From assembly GCF_000195955.2 (NCBI RefSeq), contig NC_000962.3:2580001-2612000 (forward strand): a DNA stretch of 32,000 bases, written 5' to 3'. The translations under genes were made by a program, and so were the position numbers. The first letter of the stretch is position 1. The number at the start of each line of letters is the position of its first letter. Source of the DNA: Mycobacterium tuberculosis H37Rv. Its GTDB lineage: Bacteria; Actinomycetota; Actinomycetes; Mycobacteriales; Mycobacteriaceae. Under the pieces are notes generated by a model. The model worked only from the letters and a program-made list of their open reading frames with translations, was not told the origin of the DNA and ran no database searches. Of the stretch, positions 21,914 through 32,000 are shown piece after piece.

Positions 21914-23461
21914 TTACGCCGAGATGCTGCACCCGGAGAATCGGTCCGATTGAGTTCTGGGACCGATAAGTTCGGCTGGCGTCGATGCCGGCTGCCGCAC
22001 CAAGGCCGCCTGCAACATCCCCATGTCGGTGACCGTTCGGCGGTCGTACACTTTCCAAGTCAGAACGGCGGCAGCGGCGTAGCACATCATGAAGATCCAG
22101 AACGCATCGGTCCCACTGCCGGTGCTGAGGTAGGACTCACGCAGCGCCATATTGATTCCGACCCCGCCGAGCGCGCCGAAGGCGGCCACAAACCCGATGA
22201 CTACTCCTGAGATGATGCGTGACCAGTCGCGGCGTTCGGCTTCACTGAGATCCAGGGAGCGGCTGCACGCCTCAAAAATCGTCGGAATCATCTTGTACAC
22301 AGACCCGTTGCCCAACCCGGATAGGACGAACAACGCGACGAAGCAGACGAAGTAGCCGACCATGGTAGCGCCCCGATGCTGGCCGACATGTCGGCCTTCG
22401 AGGGTGCTGGCACTGATCAGCAGCCCAGCGGCGAGCGTCATCGCCACAAAGACTATAAGGGTCAAGCGGCTTCCACCGACTCGATCGGCCAGCCGGCCAC
22501 CGTAAATCCGGGCCACCGCCGCCAGCAACGGCCCGACAAACGCCAACTCGACGGCATGCAGCGTCGCGCGCGCCGGGCTTTGTCCGCACGCCAGGAAGTT
22601 GGTCTGCAACACCTGGCCAAACACGAAGGAGAAGCCGATGAATGAGCCGAAAGTGCCGAGGTAGAGCAGCGAGAGCAACCACGTGTCGCGGGTCGACAGA
22701 ACCGCGGAAACGATCGGCCGAAGCCGGTTCACCTGCACCCGGTGCTGTTCGACATTGTTCATGAACAGCGACACTCCGATTACCGCGATTGCCACCAGAA
22801 CCACATACAGTGCGCAGACCAGGTAAGGCTTCCGCTCACCGACAGTGGCGATTGCCAACAACCCAACTAGCTGGATCGCCGGCACCCCGAGATTGCCTAC
22901 CCCACCGGCAATTCCGAGCGCCGAACCCTTGAGCCGATGTGGATAGAAAGCATTGGCGTTGCTCATTGACGACGCGAAGTTGCCGCCGCCTAAGCCGGTC
23001 AGGGCCGCACACACCAGATACGGCCACAGCGGTAGCCCCGGATGGGTCAACAACACCGTTGTGCCAATGGCCGGAATTAGCAACACGATTGCCGAAAAAG
23101 TCGCCCAGTTGCGACCGCCAAAGATCGCGCTGGCCAACGCGTAGGGCATCCGCAGGAACGCGCCAAACAGCGTCGCGATGGTGCCGAGCAGAAACTTGTC
23201 ACTGGTTGAAAAGCCGTAGACGTCCTGGGGCATCAGCAACTCCAGCACCGGCCAGAGCGTCCACACCGAGTAACCCAGGTGAACCGTCACGACCGACCAA
23301 AGCAGATTGCGTCGGGCAATGCCCTTGTTGCCTGCCTCCCACGCTCCTAGATCCTCGGGATCCCAATGCGTGATGTGACGTGAGCCACCCAGGCGCCTGA
23401 GCGAAGGGGCCGCGGGACTGCGCGGCGACTCCTCGCGTTGCAGCAGCGTGTGCTGTTCCAT
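21914..23461 (-). CDS. narK1: MFS nitrate/nitrite transporter NarK1
   Basis: 515 aa from ATG 23461 (MEQHTLLQREESP); LTGLGGGNFASSMSNANAFYPHRLKGSALGIAGGVGNLG is a NarK/NNP signature. Confidence 0.9.
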   Translation of the reverse strand: MEQHTLLQREESPRSPAAPSLRRLGGSRHITHWDPEDLGAWEAGNKGIARRNLLWSVVTVHLGYSVWTLWPVLELLMPQDVYGFSTSDKFLLGTIATLFGAFLRMPYALASAIFGGRNWATFSAIVLLIPAIGTTVLLTHPGLPLWPYLVCAALTGLGGGNFASSMSNANAFYPHRLKGSALGIAGGVGNLGVPAIQLVGLLAIATVGERKPYLVCALYVVLVAIAVIGVSLFMNNVEQHRVQVNRLRPIVSAVLSTRDTWLLSLLYLGTFGSFIGFSFVFGQVLQTNFLACGQSPARATLHAVELAFVGPLLAAVARIYGGRLADRVGGSRLTLIVFVAMTLAAGLLISASTLEGRHVGQHRGATMVGYFVCFVALFVLSGLGNGSVYKMIPTIFEACSRSLDLSEAERRDWSRIISGVVIGFVAAFGALGGVGINMALRESYLSTGSGTDAFWIFMMCYAAAAVLTWKVYDRRTVTDMGMLQAALVRQPASTPAELIGPRTQSDRFSGCSISA

Positions 23462-23694
23462 CACCCTCCTTGTTCCCACCCTGGTGCGAATGCGGGCCGG
23501 CCTACCAGGGTGCCAGCCTTGCGTGTACGAAGTTGTTTCCTGGCAGCCTGAAACTCCTGTAGAACTCCTGTAAAAGTGCTGAAGGCAATACACAATTGGG
23601 CTCGCCCTTGAGCCGAGAAGACCTAAACCCTACATGTAAAGCTGCGCTGTTGTCCTCGCAGCAAGAAAACAGCGAAAGCTATTGTGCTCGAGTA

Positions 23695-24222
23695 CTACTG
23701 ATGGGGGATCGAGCCGAGCGCCTCGAGCTTGCCATCTGATCCGATGTGGAATCGCACCGTGCCGATGCCGGTGGGACAGCACTCCTGGTCGCTGCCGATC
23801 TGCCATTGGTACTGAACCGTCACGGTGTCATCGCCTGCAGGCAATACGGTGATGTAGGGCTTCGGATTCCGAGTCGGCGAGCCCAGCGGGATGTTGCGGT
23901 CGAAGAACAACAGCTGTTGGGGAGTCGACTGGGAGGCAATTGTCGGGATGATTTGCACCCAATGCAAGCGGCAGTTGCGGGTATGTCCTCGGGTGATTTC
24001 GACCCATTTGGAGCCCGGTACCACGATCGGGACCGCAGCGATGGCCTGCCGTACCGTGTCAGCGGTCGGCCCGTCGGAATCCTTGCAGGTGTTCGGTGGT
24101 GACGGTCGTGTTGTCGGCGGCTTCCAGGCGCAACCGGAGGCGCCCAGCCCCACAATCAGTGCCAACAGTGCCAACAGTGCCAACAGTGCCAGAATCGGGA
24201 CGGCGCTACGCTGACGACGCAC
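23695..24222 (-). CDS. lppP: Lipoprotein LppP
   Basis: 175 aa; signal peptide LLALLALLALIVGLGASGC with lipobox ASGC. Confidence 0.88.
   Translation of the reverse strand: MRRQRSAVPILALLALLALLALIVGLGASGCAWKPPTTRPSPPNTCKDSDGPTADTVRQAIAAVPIVVPGSKWVEITRGHTRNCRLHWVQIIPTIASQSTPQQLLFFDRNIPLGSPTRNPKPYITVLPAGDDTVTVQYQWQIGSDQECCPTGIGTVRFHIGSDGKLEALGSIPHQ
24157..24190 (+). repeat. 9-bp tandem repeat CAGTGCCAA, ~3.8 copies, within the lppP signal-peptide codons
   Basis: cagtgccaa-cagtgccaa-cagtgccaa-cagtgcc; encodes the LAL/LALLAL repeat in the h-region. Confidence 0.9.
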
Positions 24223-24296
24223 GTCACGAGCTTAGCGAAAACTGGGAATTTCCCCTACGTTTCATCAACGCCTCAGGTGTCGATCCTAAAGCGCGG

Positions 24297-24683
24297 GTGC
24301 CGCCGGTATTCTTGCCCCAAATCGGTCGGTTGACACCCGATGCGGTCGGCGAAGCCATCGGCATCGCGGCCGACGACATCCCGATGGCGGCACGCTGGAT
24401 CGGCAGCCGACCATGCTCGCTCATCGGCCAGCCCAACACGATGGGCGACGAAATGGGTTACCTGGGACCAGGTCTAGCGGGTCAGCGGTGCGTTGATCGA
24501 TTGGTCATGGGCGCCAGTCGATCCACCTGCTCCCGATTGCCGGTCATCGCGTCCGTCGACGAACGGCTGTCGGTGCTCAAACCAGTTCGGCCGCGCCTGC
24601 ATTCAATCTCATTCATCTTTAAGGGCCGCCCCGGGGAGGTGTACCTGACGGTCACCGGTTACAACTTTCGCGGTGTGCCGTAG
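24297..24683 (+). CDS. Hypothetical protein (Rv2331-like); start uncertain
   Basis: Open frame extends 24096..24683; upstream part overlaps lppP. GTG at 24297 is one plausible start. Confidence 0.45.
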   Translation: MPPVFLPQIGRLTPDAVGEAIGIAADDIPMAARWIGSRPCSLIGQPNTMGDEMGYLGPGLAGQRCVDRLVMGASRSTCSRLPVIASVDERLSVLKPVRPRLHSISFIFKGRPGEVYLTVTGYNFRGVP

Positions 24684-25107
24684 TTCGGGGTGTGCTCGAC
24701 CTGCCTCGCCGAGCGCCCCCGACAATCGGGTCGCCATCTATGAAAGGACATCTAGCAACATTCGGCCACCCAGCGCTTCCGACATACCGAGGATCATGGT
24801 TGAGTCGGGAACCGGGATCCCCCTACCGGCTTCCTGCTGGAGCCGGACGAGATCGAGGCGATGCATGCCGAAGGATTCCTCGCCGCACTGGATCTGGCAC
24901 TCTTCTGCGGCCAGGGCAGCGCTGTACGTTCGCGGCAAACGCCGACCCGATGGCCAAGGGCGTCGATCGTGCGCTCTGCGAAATCGTGGCCGAACGCCGG
25001 CAACTGGACCTGGACCTGGCCAAAGCCCAAGTCCGGTCGGCGCTCGCCAACCAGCGTTACCATCGCGACGTCCATTAAACCCAGCACGGTCACGAACGGA
25101 GGTTGTG

Positions 25108-26754
25108 ATGAGCGACGCCCGCGTGCCACGGATCCCGGCCGCGTTGTCCGCACCAAGTCTCAACCGTGGAGTCGGCTTCACCCACGCGCAGCGGCGGCGG
25201 CTGGGGCTGACCGGCCGGCTTCCGTCGGCCGTGCTCACGCTCGACCAACAGGCCGAACGCGTATGGCATCAGTTGCAGAGCTTGGCCACCGAGCTGGGCC
25301 GCAACCTGCTTCTCGAACAGCTGCACTACCGCCACGAGGTGCTGTACTTCAAGGTGCTGGCCGACCATTTGCCCGAACTGATGCCGGTGGTGTACACGCC
25401 CACCGTTGGCGAGGCAATCCAACGCTTCTCCGACGAATACCGCGGGCAACGCGGACTGTTTCTGAGCATCGACGAACCCGACGAAATCGAGGAAGCCTTC
25501 AACACGTTGGGGCTGGGGCCCGAGGACGTCGACCTGATCGTGTGCACCGATGCCGAGGCGATCCTGGGTATCGGTGACTGGGGTGTGGGTGGCATCCAGA
25601 TCGCTGTGGGCAAATTGGCCCTCTACACCGCCGGCGGCGGCGTCGATCCGCGCCGCTGCCTCGCGGTGTCTCTGGATGTCGGCACCGACAATGAGCAGCT
25701 GCTGGCCGATCCGTTCTATCTGGGCAATCGCCACGCCCGGCGGCGCGGTCGGGAATACGACGAGTTCGTCAGTCGCTATATCGAAACGGCTCAACGGTTA
25801 TTTCCGCGTGCCATTCTGCATTTCGAGGACTTCGGGCCGGCGAACGCGCGGAAGATCCTAGACACATACGGCACGGATTACTGCGTGTTCAACGATGACA
25901 TGCAAGGAACCGGCGCGGTGGTCTTGGCCGCCGTATACAGCGGTCTGAAGGTTACCGGTATCCCGCTGCGCGATCAGACAATAGTCGTCTTCGGCGCAGG
26001 CACCGCAGGGATGGGGATCGCCGATCAGATCCGGGACGCGATGGTGGCAGACGGTGCCACGCTCGAGCAGGCGGTGTCCCAGATCTGGCCGATCGACAGG
26101 CCGGGCCTGTTGTTCGACGACATGGATGACCTGCGCGACTTCCAAGTGCCGTACGCGAAAAACCGCCACCAGCTCGGTGTGGCCGTCGGGGATCGGGTCG
26201 GGCTGAGCGACGCGATCAAGATCGCATCGCCCACTATCCTGCTCGGCTGCTCAACGGTCTACGGAGCGTTCACCAAAGAGGTGGTCGAGGCGATGACGGC
26301 GTCCTGCAAACACCCGATGATCTTTCCGCTGTCCAACCCGACGTCGCGCATGGAAGCCATCCCCGCCGACGTGCTGGCGTGGTCGAATGGCAGGGCGCTG
26401 CTTGCCACCGGCAGCCCAGTCGCCCCAGTGGAATTCGACGAAACCACCTACGTCATCGGTCAGGCCAACAACGTGTTGGCGTTTCCCGGCATCGGACTGG
26501 GCGTCATTGTCGCTGGTGCCCGGTTGATAACCAGGCGCATGCTGCATGCAGCAGCGAAGGCCATTGCGCACCAGGCCAATCCGACAAATCCCGGAGACTC
26601 GCTGTTGCCGGATGTCCAAAATCTGCGGGCCATCTCGACAACGGTCGCCGAAGCTGTCTATCGGGCCGCCGTCCAAGACGGGGTGGCTTCCAGGACGCAC
26701 GACGACGTCAGGCAGGCCATAGTCGACACCATGTGGCTCCCGGCATATGACTAA
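25108..26754 (+). CDS. mez: NAD-dependent malic enzyme Mez
   Basis: 548 aa from ATG 25108; YTPTVGEAIQRFS, SLDVGTDN, FNDDMQGTGAVVLA, VVFGAGTAGMGIAD, FPLSNPTSRMEA. Confidence 0.96.
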   Translation: MSDARVPRIPAALSAPSLNRGVGFTHAQRRRLGLTGRLPSAVLTLDQQAERVWHQLQSLATELGRNLLLEQLHYRHEVLYFKVLADHLPELMPVVYTPTVGEAIQRFSDEYRGQRGLFLSIDEPDEIEEAFNTLGLGPEDVDLIVCTDAEAILGIGDWGVGGIQIAVGKLALYTAGGGVDPRRCLAVSLDVGTDNEQLLADPFYLGNRHARRRGREYDEFVSRYIETAQRLFPRAILHFEDFGPANARKILDTYGTDYCVFNDDMQGTGAVVLAAVYSGLKVTGIPLRDQTIVVFGAGTAGMGIADQIRDAMVADGATLEQAVSQIWPIDRPGLLFDDMDDLRDFQVPYAKNRHQLGVAVGDRVGLSDAIKIASPTILLGCSTVYGAFTKEVVEAMTASCKHPMIFPLSNPTSRMEAIPADVLAWSNGRALLATGSPVAPVEFDETTYVIGQANNVLAFPGIGLGVIVAGARLITRRMLHAAAKAIAHQANPTNPGDSLLPDVQNLRAISTTVAEAVYRAAVQDGVASRTHDDVRQAIVDTMWLPAYD

Positions 26755-28321
26755 CCGCGCACTCGACGGTCATCGCTGTAGGCAGCCTCTCGCTTAGGTC
26801 GCTGCCCGCGGTGTGCACGTCACGCGGAAACCATCGCCAGCCGGCGAGAAACACGACAGCCAGTGTTGCAGTGGCGACGAGCAACGCCACCCGAATGCCT
26901 TCGATGAAATCCTCCTCCGCAATCGCGACGGGGTCGCGATGCTCAATGTGCCGCCGGGGGACGATTCCGCCCACATGCGCTCGCGGATTGGCACTGTCGA
27001 TAATGATCTCGGCAAGGACGTGGCGCTGGACCGGGTCGGGCACCGCGCGCTCCAGATGGGGCTCGAGTGTGGCCGAAAGCCAGGCGGCAAGGACGGAGCC
27101 CAAAACCGCGAACCCGATCGTCGAGCCGATCGCCCGCTGAGCACTCATGATGCCGGACGCCATGCCCGCACGCTCGGCGGGGACCGCGGTCATGGCGACG
27201 GTCGTGATCGGCGTCAGGCACAACGCGACGCCGCTCCCGCACAAGCCCAGCCCGACCAGGACCAGGGCCGAGCTCCGGTGCTCGCTGAAGATGAGCATGA
27301 GCAGACCCAGCATCAACATGCACAGCCCCGCCAGGATGGGAACGCGTGCTCCGATCCGGCCAACCAGGTGCCCAACAAGTGGCGACACGATGGCCACGGC
27401 CGCACTGAACGGAAGGATCATCAGGCCGGTCACGCTCGGGGTATAGCCGCGCACGTTCTGCAGGAACTGGGTGGTGAGCAGCAGCATCCCATAGACGGCG
27501 AAGAACACCGTGCAGATGGTCGCGATGGCCAGGGCGTATGAGGTGTCGCGGAACAGGGTCAGATCCATCATCGGATTCGATGATCTGCGCTCAAGCCAGA
27601 CGAACAGGGCGCAGCCGACGGCGGCTGTCCAGAGCATCACGATGGTCTGGACAGACGTCCAGCCGATCTGGGGGCCTTCGATGACCGCATACACCAGGGC
27701 ACCCACGGCAACGATGAACAGCAGCTGCCCGGACAGATCGAAGCGGCGTGCCCGCTCGTTACACGACTCCTCGACGTAGCACAAAGTCAGGAAGAGGACG
27801 AGTGCGCCCATGGGCAGGTTGACATAGAAGATGCTGCGCCACCCCCACTGGTCCACCAGCAGACCGCCCAGTGTCGGGCCCGTCGTCGTACCGATGCTCG
27901 CGATGGCGGTCCAGATCCCGATGGCGCGCGCCTTCTCCTTCGCCTCCGGAAAGGCCGCGCTGACCAGGGCGAGCGAGGTTACGCTGACGGCCGCCGCACC
28001 TAGGCCCTGCGCGCCCCGCGCGGTGGTGAGCACCGCGATTGAGGGCGCCAACCCGCAGGCGATAGATCCCAGCGTGAACAACGAAACACCTATCAAGTAC
28101 CAGCGGCGCCGACCGTCGAGGTCGGCAAGCGTCGCCGCCGACATGATGAAGACCGCCATTCCGAGGCTGTAGGACGCCACCACCCACTGCAGGCCGTCCT
28201 CCCCCACCGCGAAACTGCGCTGGATGTCGGGCAGCGCCACGTTCACGATCAGTGCGTCGAGAAAGATCATGAACAGGCCCAGGCCAGTGGCGATGAGCGT
28301 GAGGAGCTGCGTGCGGTTCAT
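26708..28321 (-). CDS. stp: DHA2-family MFS drug/H+ exporter Stp
   Basis: 537 aa; ALIVNVALPDIQRSFAVGEDGLQWVVASYSLGMAVFIMSAATLADLDGRRRWYLIG and a 14-TM-like architecture. Confidence 0.92.
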   Translation of the reverse strand: MNRTQLLTLIATGLGLFMIFLDALIVNVALPDIQRSFAVGEDGLQWVVASYSLGMAVFIMSAATLADLDGRRRWYLIGVSLFTLGSIACGLAPSIAVLTTARGAQGLGAAAVSVTSLALVSAAFPEAKEKARAIGIWTAIASIGTTTGPTLGGLLVDQWGWRSIFYVNLPMGALVLFLTLCYVEESCNERARRFDLSGQLLFIVAVGALVYAVIEGPQIGWTSVQTIVMLWTAAVGCALFVWLERRSSNPMMDLTLFRDTSYALAIATICTVFFAVYGMLLLTTQFLQNVRGYTPSVTGLMILPFSAAVAIVSPLVGHLVGRIGARVPILAGLCMLMLGLLMLIFSEHRSSALVLVGLGLCGSGVALCLTPITTVAMTAVPAERAGMASGIMSAQRAIGSTIGFAVLGSVLAAWLSATLEPHLERAVPDPVQRHVLAEIIIDSANPRAHVGGIVPRRHIEHRDPVAIAEEDFIEGIRVALLVATATLAVVFLAGWRWFPRDVHTAGSDLSERLPTAMTVECAVSHMPGATWCRLWPA

Positions 28322-28513
28322 GCGGGCCCCGATCTACATGGATTTCGGTGGCGATCTGTGACCAGACACTAGGCTGCGCCAGCGACGGCGTCAGCCGCTT
28401 CGGTCGATTCGAGCCGAATGGTCGACGGCTGCGGAACCGACCGCAAAACTGGGGCAAAAGGTTCACCGCGGGTGTAAGCCAGCTAGGTGAACCGATCCCG
28501 CTGGCCCATGGCC

Positions 28514-28519
28514 TATAGT
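28514..28519 (+). promoter_or_regulatory. -10 element of a leaderless promoter for the poly-Cys ORF
   Basis: TATAGT ending 6 nt before the ATG at 28526, so a standard start point coincides with the ATG. Confidence 0.65.
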
Positions 28520-28525
28520 GGGCCC

Positions 28526-28594
28526 ATGCAACAGGCCATACAGCTGCGCTTTATCCTCCCGCGCCGCCTCGCCGTGGGCTGTTGTTGTTGTTGA
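28526..28594 (+). CDS. Leader peptide ending in four Cys codons, candidate cysteine-responsive attenuator
   Basis: ATG CAA CAG GCC ATA CAG CTG CGC TTT ATC CTC CCG CGC CGC CTC GCC GTG GGC TGT TGT TGT TGT TGA, directly upstream of cysK1-cysE. Confidence 0.75.
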   Translation: MQQAIQLRFILPRRLAVGCCCC

Positions 28595-28627
28595 TTCCTG
28601 GCGTCCACAGCAATCCTCGCGCTCTTG

Positions 28628-28673
28628 CCCGCAAACGGGTGGAAATCGGTGTTCGCCCGCGGCGTACAGCCGC
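28628..28673 (+). promoter_or_regulatory. Two adjacent short hairpins in the cysK1 leader
   Basis: CCCG-CAAA-CGGG at 28628-28639 and GCGGC-GTACA-GCCGC at 28659-28673. Confidence 0.45.
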
Positions 28674-28709
28674 CGCGCACTCACGAGTCGTTCAGAAAGA
28701 TCAACAGCC

Positions 28710-29728
<1,019 letters not shown>

Positions 29729-29731
29729 GCC

Positions 29732-30421
29732 ATGCTGACGGCCATGCGGGGCGACATCCGAGCAGCCCGGGAGCGGGATCCGGCGGCCCCTACCGCGCTG
29801 GAAGTCATCTTCTGCTACCCGGGCGTGCACGCCGTGTGGGGCCACCGCCTCGCCCACTGGCTGTGGCAGCGTGGCGCCAGGCTGCTCGCGCGGGCAGCTG
29901 CCGAATTCACTCGCATCCTGACCGGTGTAGATATCCACCCCGGTGCCGTCATCGGTGCTCGCGTGTTCATCGACCACGCGACCGGCGTGGTGATCGGAGA
30001 AACCGCGGAGGTCGGCGACGACGTCACGATCTATCACGGCGTCACTCTCGGCGGCAGTGGCATGGTTGGCGGGAAACGCCATCCCACCGTCGGTGACCGC
30101 GTGATCATCGGCGCCGGGGCCAAGGTCCTCGGTCCGATCAAGATCGGCGAGGACAGCCGGATCGGCGCCAATGCCGTCGTGGTCAAGCCCGTCCCGCCGA
30201 GCGCGGTGGTGGTCGGGGTGCCCGGGCAGGTCATCGGCCAAAGCCAGCCCAGTCCCGGCGGCCCGTTTGATTGGAGGCTGCCCGATCTCGTGGGAGCCAG
30301 CCTCGATTCGCTGCTCACCAGGGTGGCCAGGCTGGAGGCCCTCGGCGGCGGCCCGCAAGCAGCAGGAGTCATCCGGCCACCCGAAGCCGGGATATGGCAC
30401 GGCGAGGACTTCTCGATCTGA
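29732..30421 (+). CDS. cysE: Serine O-acetyltransferase
   Basis: 229 aa; hexapeptide-repeat motifs [41 protein letters not shown]; 3 nt after cysK1. Confidence 0.96.
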   Translation: MLTAMRGDIRAARERDPAAPTALEVIFCYPGVHAVWGHRLAHWLWQRGARLLARAAAEFTRILTGVDIHPGAVIGARVFIDHATGVVIGETAEVGDDVTIYHGVTLGGSGMVGGKRHPTVGDRVIIGAGAKVLGPIKIGEDSRIGANAVVVKPVPPSAVVVGVPGQVIGQSQPSPGGPFDWRLPDLVGASLDSLLTRVARLEALGGGPQAAGVIRPPEAGIWHGEDFSI

Positions 30422-30745
30422 GGCAATACCCGGCCGCCGACAATGCCTTCTTCGGCGCCGCCCACCGACGCGCATCATCGGCTGCTAGCCCCCGCACCGG
30501 GTTCCGTCCTCGCCGAATTCACCTCGGGCCGGAGGTTGAGCTGCTTGGGCTTCGGCAGCCGAAACCGGGGCGATACAAACGTGGGTTGCGGATACGACCG
30601 CTTTGCGACGCGGTTTGTCCAACGCAGGCTTGGAAAACTTCTCCAAGCACGAGCGAGATTACTGATTCGAATTGGCTCTTGACAGCACCGGCGAAGAGGT
30701 GTAGAGATGCGAATCACTATGTGGACAGCAATCTTTGGAAAGCTC

Positions 30746-30775
30746 TTGCTGTCAAATCCGTCACGAACCTATGCT
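30746..30775 (+). promoter_or_regulatory. Putative sigA-type promoter for the Rv2336-like gene
   Basis: TTGCTG - 18 nt - TATGCT, about 60 nt upstream of the ATG at 30837. Confidence 0.35.
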
Positions 30776-30836
30776 TAGCGATACCTTGCGCCAAACATGC
30801 AGTCGCTTGACCGTTGAGATCGCTGAGGTATCGGCC

Positions 30837-31805
30837 ATGGATGTCCCTCACGAGCAGCCAGCCCTCTCTTCGAGCAAATCGAATCGCTTTACTTCGCAAA
30901 GGCAAACAACTGGTGTGGGAACCACCACTGTTGAACGGCTCGAACCGCGGTTATCTCCCGCGTCCCGCCACATCACTGAGGCTAAAGCTTTCGGCACCGA
31001 GTGCCACGTAAGTTCCTTTACCCGTGAGCAGGATCCCGACAGGGCGGTCCGTGTGGAGCAGATCCACGGTGAAGCGTATGTCGCCGCCGGCCATGTGTAC
31101 GAATCTGCGCTCGATGAATTGGGCCGGCTGGACAATTCCAACGCCGAGTTCATCCTCGACAAGGCACGCGGTAGCACCCGAGAAACCGAGGTCATATACC
31201 TGCATGCGGTTCCCGCGGAGCCCCTCTCCGGCAGCCAAGGCGAAGGAGGCCTGCGAATAGTCGGCATTTCCGCTGTGGGGTCAATTGACGACCTCAGTGC
31301 ATTTAAGGCCGCCAAACCGTCGATGGGCCTGGCGCATCAACGCAAGCTTTATGACGCGATCGAAGACCTGGGTCACGGCGGGGTCAAGGAGATTGCGGCA
31401 TTATCGGTTACGGCCGATGCCCCTCCCACGGTGTCGTATTCGCTCATCCGGGAGGTTTTGCGCTTGTACCACCGAACCGGCGAAAAATTGATAATCACAT
31501 TTGCCATGCCAGCATACGCCAAGATGGTGATGAATTTTGGTCGATTTGCGATGCCTCAAGTGGGCGAACCGTTCTATGCGCACAGAAATAATGACCCTAG
31601 GACATCGAATGATCTCTTGCTGGTTCCCTCAATAGTCGAGCCATCGAATTTTCTCGAGAATATTTCCCGCGGGGTCGTGACAGCGGATGACGGCCCGACC
31701 GCGAGAAGGCGATTCGCCACCCTATGCTATATGACCGACGGCCTTGATGACTATTTCATGCCGTTGACTCGGCAGGTCCTTAGCGAAGGAATCCAAGACA
31801 TCTGA
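30837..31805 (+). CDS. Hypothetical protein (Rv2336-like)
   Basis: 322 aa from ATG 30837 (MDVPHEQPALSS); well-formed long ORF with no recognisable motif. Confidence 0.75.
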   Translation: MDVPHEQPALSSSKSNRFTSQRQTTGVGTTTVERLEPRLSPASRHITEAKAFGTECHVSSFTREQDPDRAVRVEQIHGEAYVAAGHVYESALDELGRLDNSNAEFILDKARGSTRETEVIYLHAVPAEPLSGSQGEGGLRIVGISAVGSIDDLSAFKAAKPSMGLAHQRKLYDAIEDLGHGGVKEIAALSVTADAPPTVSYSLIREVLRLYHRTGEKLIITFAMPAYAKMVMNFGRFAMPQVGEPFYAHRNNDPRTSNDLLLVPSIVEPSNFLENISRGVVTADDGPTARRRFATLCYMTDGLDDYFMPLTRQVLSEGIQDI

Positions 31806-32000
31806 GTTCTGGAAGCGGTAATGGGCGGTCGGGCGTGCGCAACTCCGGCAACAAACAGCTTGGAGCTTTTACGCGAAGCGGGATTCACTATCCGAACCAG
31901 ACCGCTCGGCAGGGGCATAGCAATAAGCTTCAACCGATTGACGCATTGTGCGAACTGACGGCGCCCGCGCATGGCCAATCCGGAAGACCATCATTGGCCA

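Noticed and set aside
26813-27541. 242-aa plus-strand ORF antisense to stp
   Set aside because: Shadow ORF opposite a well-supported MFS gene; no motif.
31751-31978. 75-aa minus-strand ORF at the window end
   Set aside because: No motif, mostly in the region after the Rv2336-like gene; probably spurious.

Overview
The window matches a Mycobacterium tuberculosis-complex chromosomal segment, roughly Rv2308 to Rv2336 from memory of gene order and protein features; no database search was run. Main conserved blocks: (1) AhpD-like protein + TldE/TldD pair; (2) uspABC sugar-ABC permeases and binding protein, without an ATPase gene; (3) USP-family protein, rocE and a split rocD (rocD1/rocD2), dimethylarginine dimethylaminohydrolase-like protein and a divergent AsnC/Lrp regulator; (4) EcfT + double-ATPase EcfA-like ECF transporter with a divergent MarR regulator; (5) PE23, narK1, lppP; (6) mez and the DHA2 exporter stp; (7) cysK1-cysE. 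The first ~4.5 kb is a decayed mobile-element zone beside a CAU tRNA gene. It holds a frameshifted excisionase, an integrase with internal deletion, frameshifts and a Tyr-to-His change at the presumed catalytic position, a DUF433 antitoxin followed by a toxin remnant in several frames, a second HTH antitoxin with a PIN-like toxin stub, and a MobF-type relaxase/helicase C-terminal fragment. The most system-like signal is upstream of cysK1: an apparently leaderless 22-codon ORF ending in four consecutive Cys codons (MQQAIQLRFILPRRLAVGCCCC*). Downstream are hairpins and a 29-aa Trp-rich ORF whose stop overlaps the cysK1 start, which looks like a cysteine-sensing attenuator. Other regulatory signals are a perfect 7-3-7 palindrome between the MarR and ECF genes, repeated TTGCGT motifs upstream of the AsnC-type gene, and a hairpin between convergent uspC and the USP gene.
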